From assembly GCA_040879435.1 (NCBI GenBank), contig JBBDKG010000017.1:2060-66059 (forward strand): a stretch of DNA of 64,000 nucleotides, written 5' to 3'. Position numbers and translations under genes: made by a program. Positions 59,751 to 64,000 of the stretch are shown here, piece by piece (positions within the stretch are counted from its first letter, which is position 1; the number at the start of each line of letters is the position of its first letter). Source of the DNA: Minisyncoccota bacterium (GTDB lineage: Bacteria > Patescibacteriota > Minisyncoccia > Phycocordibacterales > UBA918). Below the pieces are notes generated by a model. The model made no database searches. It saw only the letters and a list, made by a program, of their open reading frames with translations, and was not told where the DNA came from.

Positions 59751-60758
59751 TCACTTCAGAAGCTTTTCAACATCCTTCATCTCCTTCTTCACAAGTGTTT
59801 CAGAGACCTCGAGGACCTGTGTGAGGTTATCCACCACCGCTTTCTCGCCTTTGGTGAGTCGCTTTTGTGCGCGCAAGTTCTGTACCTGCTCACGTATCTC
59901 ATCGCGGAGCGCTTTGAAGACCTTCACCAGCTGTTCCTTCACTTCCTTGACCTCCTCGCGCAGGAGTGCGTTCGCACGACGATGCCGCCGATAGGTTCTA
60001 AACGCGAACCAGAGTGAAAGGAGTGTGACGAGGGTCAGTGCCGAATAGATGAACCCGTCACGGGTGATGACCCCAAGTACAAGCGAATCCTGTGCGATCA
60101 ACCCGTCAACGTCAAAGACAAAGACCGGGAAATGATTTGCCGTACTGTTTCCGGCCATGTCATGTGCGACAGTAATGACCCGATACGTCCCCTCTTCTGT
60201 TTGTGTAAATCGATACCCCAGTTGCGCTTCATGCGGTGTGAGGTGGATCGGTGCTGAGTTGCCGATATACAGTGAGTAGCCGGCGATCCCGGACAGCTGG
60301 TCGCGGGCTGAGAAGGTGATAGTGGAAACGTACGGATAGTCAGGTTCCGGTGTGAGTGTGATACTGAGATCGGTCGGCGGCAACATGTCGATCTTTAGTT
60401 TTCGATACGCGACCTCGCCCCATCCGTATTGGTTGCGGAACTGCACCGCGATAAACTGCGCCCCATTATACAGGTCATCAGGATCAGGAGTGTATGAAGT
60501 GATGGCGGGGGTGAATACCCGCATTGGTTCCGCGTCAGTGGATGTTGCCATCTCGACCGCCACTGACGTCACATCATCCGGCAGCTCCCACGTGAACGAA
60601 CCGATACCCGCGCGATACCACTGTTCAGGATCGGTATACGTGGAAGAAGTGATCACCGGAGCATCTGGAGCCTCCTGCGCACTCACGGAAATAGCACCTC
60701 CGGCAAACGCAAGTGTGAGTATGAAAAGAATGAACCCAGAACGAAGAACCATACGCAT
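59751..60758 (-). CDS. Exported Ig-like protein with C-terminal TM and coiled coil
   Basis: Signal peptide, P.ITSST...WY, D..SGI.GY, A.D.AGN, TM, coiled tail. Confidence 0.75.
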   Translation of the reverse strand: MRMVLRSGFILFILTLAFAGGAISVSAQEAPDAPVITSSTYTDPEQWYRAGIGSFTWELPDDVTSVAVEMATSTDAEPMRVFTPAITSYTPDPDDLYNGAQFIAVQFRNQYGWGEVAYRKLKIDMLPPTDLSITLTPEPDYPYVSTITFSARDQLSGIAGYSLYIGNSAPIHLTPHEAQLGYRFTQTEEGTYRVITVAHDMAGNSTANHFPVFVFDVDGLIAQDSLVLGVITRDGFIYSALTLVTLLSLWFAFRTYRRHRRANALLREEVKEVKEQLVKVFKALRDEIREQVQNLRAQKRLTKGEKAVVDNLTQVLEVSETLVKKEMKDVEKLLK

Positions 60759-60761
60759 TCA

Positions 60762-62006
60762 TTATGCCATGACCGTTGGCACCTCACCCCACTTGGTTGT
60801 GTAATGTGGGGATACATGCATCTTGCTCGACTGCCACGCACTTCCGTTCCCAACCCGTCCGATCGTCAGCGTCTGTGCCCCATACCTCTGGTTGAGCGCG
60901 TCAACTGTTCTGAATATCGTGTCGTCGGTCACACTGGTGTCGAACAAAGATCCTGCCTGTTGTGCCTTGGGTATGATATGCGAGAGTACTACCCCCGCCT
61001 TCTTGTATGGAACCTCTGCTTCGTAGAGTTCACGCGTGAGGGCAAGCGCTGCCTTCAAAAGCGTACGCGTGTCGTCTGCTGGTACCGAAAGTCGATACTC
61101 CTTCGTACCACCACGCAGTACCCAGTCACCATGTCGACTTGGCCGAATGAGCACTCGTACCTCGCCGGCAACTGCGTCCATACCACGCAGTTCTTCAGCA
61201 GCGTGGGCGATGTGGTACCCGATGGCATCCTCAAGCACGCGAAGGTCCGTGGTCGCAGACTTGAACGAACGAGTACTCATAATACTGTGCTGAAGTTCTC
61301 CGCTATCGTGAGCGACCGCCTGATGCTCGTTCAATTCCATCTGCAACCGTGCCCCGTGCACGCCGAACTGACGTTGTATGGACCCCGAGTCTGCATACAT
61401 GAGGTCGTGTGCGGTATGGAGAGCATACTCCTTCATCTTTGCTGCGGACTTGCCACCGACCCCCCACACATCGGCAAGCGGAAAGCTCTGTGCTGTCTCG
61501 CGCCATGCTTCTCCCGTTAACACGCAGACACCGTTCTCCTTCTTACCAAGCTCGGTCGCACATTTTGCGATGGTCTTGGTCGCAGCCGCACCAACAGTCA
61601 CCGGAACCCCAACACAACGTTCGACCGTGCGCTTTAGATCTCTCAGCATACTCTCCGCAACTGCGTTATCGGTCGCAGTGAATGAAAAGAATGCTTCGTC
61701 CACTGAGTACTGCTCAATATCGGCAACCTCGTCCTTCAGTACCCGCATCACCCGTGCAGAGATGTCCCGATACAACGGGAAGTTCGAAGAGAACACCTCC
61801 ACACCCGCTTTCCTGAATTCGTTCCGGACCTGAAAGTGAGGGACGCCCATCGGAATGCCGAGCGCCTTCACCTCTTTCGAACGCGCCACAACACACCCGT
61901 CGTTCGAGGAGAGCACAACGACCGGTTTTGCGGCGAGGTCAGGACGGAACAACCGTTCACACGATACAAAAAAATTGTTGCAATCGAGGAGGCAGACGTA
62001 CTTCAT
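60762..62006 (-). CDS. umuC: Y-family DNA polymerase, UmuC-like
   Basis: DCNNFFVSCE, VVLSSNDGCVVARS, YSVDEAF, C-terminal SPHYTTKW. Confidence 0.9.
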   Translation of the reverse strand: MKYVCLLDCNNFFVSCERLFRPDLAAKPVVVLSSNDGCVVARSKEVKALGIPMGVPHFQVRNEFRKAGVEVFSSNFPLYRDISARVMRVLKDEVADIEQYSVDEAFFSFTATDNAVAESMLRDLKRTVERCVGVPVTVGAAATKTIAKCATELGKKENGVCVLTGEAWRETAQSFPLADVWGVGGKSAAKMKEYALHTAHDLMYADSGSIQRQFGVHGARLQMELNEHQAVAHDSGELQHSIMSTRSFKSATTDLRVLEDAIGYHIAHAAEELRGMDAVAGEVRVLIRPSRHGDWVLRGGTKEYRLSVPADDTRTLLKAALALTRELYEAEVPYKKAGVVLSHIIPKAQQAGSLFDTSVTDDTIFRTVDALNQRYGAQTLTIGRVGNGSAWQSSKMHVSPHYTTKWGEVPTVMA

Positions 62007-62027
62007 ACGCCTATTGTATCGCACTCT

Positions 62028-62897
62028 TTAGTTGTTGTAGTATTCAAACAACGCTTCCACACCAGCCCAGTTCTGCTCCCACTCAATAGTCTCGTGTGTT
62101 GAGAGCTCAACCGTGATCGCCGGTATACCGAGTGTTGCGAGCCAACCTTCCGCATCACCGGTAATTGGATACGCGTCGAATGACTCAATCGCCGGATATC
62201 CCGCCGCCGTCGCGTAGGCATTCATCACCGCACGCGTCTGTGGGAGAACGCCTTCGTGACACTCAGATGCATAGACCGCGTTCGACTGACTGTGCCAGAA
62301 CACCACTGCATCAGGTTCATGTTGGTATACAAAATCGCGAAGCGCTGCCGCTTCAGGTTCCGAGAACGCTGCAGTACCGGCAGACACGGGCTGACTGCGC
62401 CACGTACTTTCTGGTGCCCACTTGCAGTCGAAGTTGCGGTTCAGGTCGACATCGTTCGCGTTGAACCGGCCGGTCCCGTCACCGGGATCATTTACGTCCG
62501 CTCGGGTGAAGCGACCTTCCATGCCCGTAACAGTGTAGAGGCCGTCCGGGTTCGCTACCGGTATGATCGTCACGGTCATATCTTTGGGTATCATCTCAGT
62601 GTTCTCGGTAATGTGGTCAATGGCGGTATATGCCAGCAAAACACTGTTCCATTCATATCCCCCGTGAATGCCACCGACGAACACCAGGTGCGTGTCACCA
62701 TCACCAAGTGTGTATGCTTCAATTGCACGCCCTTCAACTGACGAGCCGATCACCGTACGTTCGAACTCTGGGGTCTCTTCTACCGGAGCGATATAATCAG
62801 GGACATCTGCAGGTCGTGTGGTGACCCATAGCATGACCGCACCCCCGATGAGTGCGGCCACAGCTATCACCAATATGATCCGATTCCGAAAAAGCAT
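62028..62897 (-). CDS. M14 zinc carboxypeptidase/amidase, membrane-anchored (predicted active)
   Basis: GGIHGGYE, NPDG, R.NAN.VDLNRNF, SEPE, WHS, TVE. Confidence 0.9.
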   Translation of the reverse strand: MLFRNRIILVIAVAALIGGAVMLWVTTRPADVPDYIAPVEETPEFERTVIGSSVEGRAIEAYTLGDGDTHLVFVGGIHGGYEWNSVLLAYTAIDHITENTEMIPKDMTVTIIPVANPDGLYTVTGMEGRFTRADVNDPGDGTGRFNANDVDLNRNFDCKWAPESTWRSQPVSAGTAAFSEPEAAALRDFVYQHEPDAVVFWHSQSNAVYASECHEGVLPQTRAVMNAYATAAGYPAIESFDAYPITGDAEGWLATLGIPAITVELSTHETIEWEQNWAGVEALFEYYNN

Positions 62898-63835
62898 TAT
62901 TCGTTGGTTGAGTCTTCGTTAGTTTCCTCTTCATCTGAACCGTAGAGCTCGAACATCGCCTCAACACCTGCACGATTCTTTTCCCATTCCACATCGTCGT
63001 GTGTGGTGAGAAGAACACTCACCGCAGGGATACCTTCCTTTGCCATCCAGTTCACCATGTCGCCGGTGATATCGTAGAAATCGAATGATTCATAGGCGCG
63101 ATATCCGGCTGCCTGTGCGTAGAGGTTTGTGAGGGCAGCGGTCTCCGGCAGCACGCTCTTGTGGCAATTCGATGCGAACACACCGCCTGCAGCACTGTAC
63201 CAGACCACCACAGCATGTGGGTCGTTCTCGTTCACGTAGTCCCGCACAGCAGCGCTTTCAGGCTCGGAGAACGCAGCGGAGCCGCCACTGACCGTTTGGC
63301 TCTGCCACATGCTCTCTTCTGACCAGTCACACTCAAAGTTGCGGTTCAGGTCGACGTTGTTCGCGTTGAACCGTCCGGCGATACGCTCAGATGCTGACGA
63401 GGGAACATCAGATGGTGAGAATCGTTCGGCAGTACCGACCGTTTGCTCAAGCCCGTCTGGGTTCATGACCGGAATGACAGTAACGGTCACGTTGTCCGGG
63501 ATGTTCTCTGGATTTGCCGCAAGGTAGTCCATGAGCTCATACGCGACCAGCGACGTATTCCACGAGTACCCGCCGTGAATGCCACCAATGAACAAGAGTT
63601 CGGTGTCTCCGGTCCCGTAGTGGTACGCGACGATATTCCGCGACTCTACCGAAGTACCGATAACGGTCTCTGGTTCGAACTCATCTGTCTCTCCTTCCGT
63701 GGTATCCGGTGTCTGTTCTGTATTCTCCTGATCCGTGGTGTTCATGTCCCCTTCCGAAGATTGCTTGTTAAGGAAATAGAATACGCCACCAAGAAGAACA
63801 GCGACCCCGACTGCGATCAATATATAGTTTCTCAT
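62897..63835 (-). CDS. M14 peptidase paralogue with degenerate active site
   Basis: Same scaffold, but HGGYS, WYS and SVL replace the E, H and E residues. Confidence 0.85.
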   Translation of the reverse strand: MRNYILIAVGVAVLLGGVFYFLNKQSSEGDMNTTDQENTEQTPDTTEGETDEFEPETVIGTSVESRNIVAYHYGTGDTELLFIGGIHGGYSWNTSLVAYELMDYLAANPENIPDNVTVTVIPVMNPDGLEQTVGTAERFSPSDVPSSASERIAGRFNANNVDLNRNFECDWSEESMWQSQTVSGGSAAFSEPESAAVRDYVNENDPHAVVVWYSAAGGVFASNCHKSVLPETAALTNLYAQAAGYRAYESFDFYDITGDMVNWMAKEGIPAVSVLLTTHDDVEWEKNRAGVEAMFELYGSDEEETNEDSTNE

Positions 63836-64000
63836 ACACCCATTCTACCACAAACGCACTATATGGCCTAAAATAAGGGTTTTGTATGCAAAAATGGTCA
63901 GAACTGACGTACACTCCCGACCACTGCGCCCCAGATATAGCAGTCATCGTTCTCCGACACAACGATCGGTTCATATTCCTCGTTCTCTGAAACGAGTGTG

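Overview
This 64-kb window is bacterial chromosome using the standard genetic code, with almost all genes on the minus strand. The gene content and architecture point to a Patescibacteria/CPR (Parcubacteria-like) genome (inference): trimmed alaS, uvrC, atpC and atpH, an FtsA-like/baseplate-J-like pair, a sigma4+HARE-HTH protein, and no biosynthetic genes. Housekeeping content is the infA-rpmJ-rpsM-rpsK-rpsD-rpoA-rplQ-rplM cluster, alaS, leuS, mnmA, tgt, ychF, tRNA-Ala(UGC), a complete F1Fo atp operon, uvrA/uvrB/uvrC, ung, ogt, a UmuC-like polymerase, ddl, mltG, an RND pump and several peptidases. Short orphan genes bounded by terminators are interspersed. No CRISPR array, rRNA, transposase or integrase was seen. 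Most notable: (1) an unannotated Val/Leu leader-peptide attenuator controlling an orphan gene, facing a candidate structured sRNA; (2) a stand-alone RNA polymerase alpha-CTD protein with a Cys/His N-terminus and better-conserved DNA-contact residues than the genome's own RpoA; (3) a tandem active plus catalytically dead M14 peptidase pair; (4) a long structured leader on the atp operon; (5) a split between leaderless-like core genes and SD-led orphan genes; (6) two unannotated 45-aa membrane microproteins. All calls come from reading the sequence and recalling motifs; no searches or folding programs were run.
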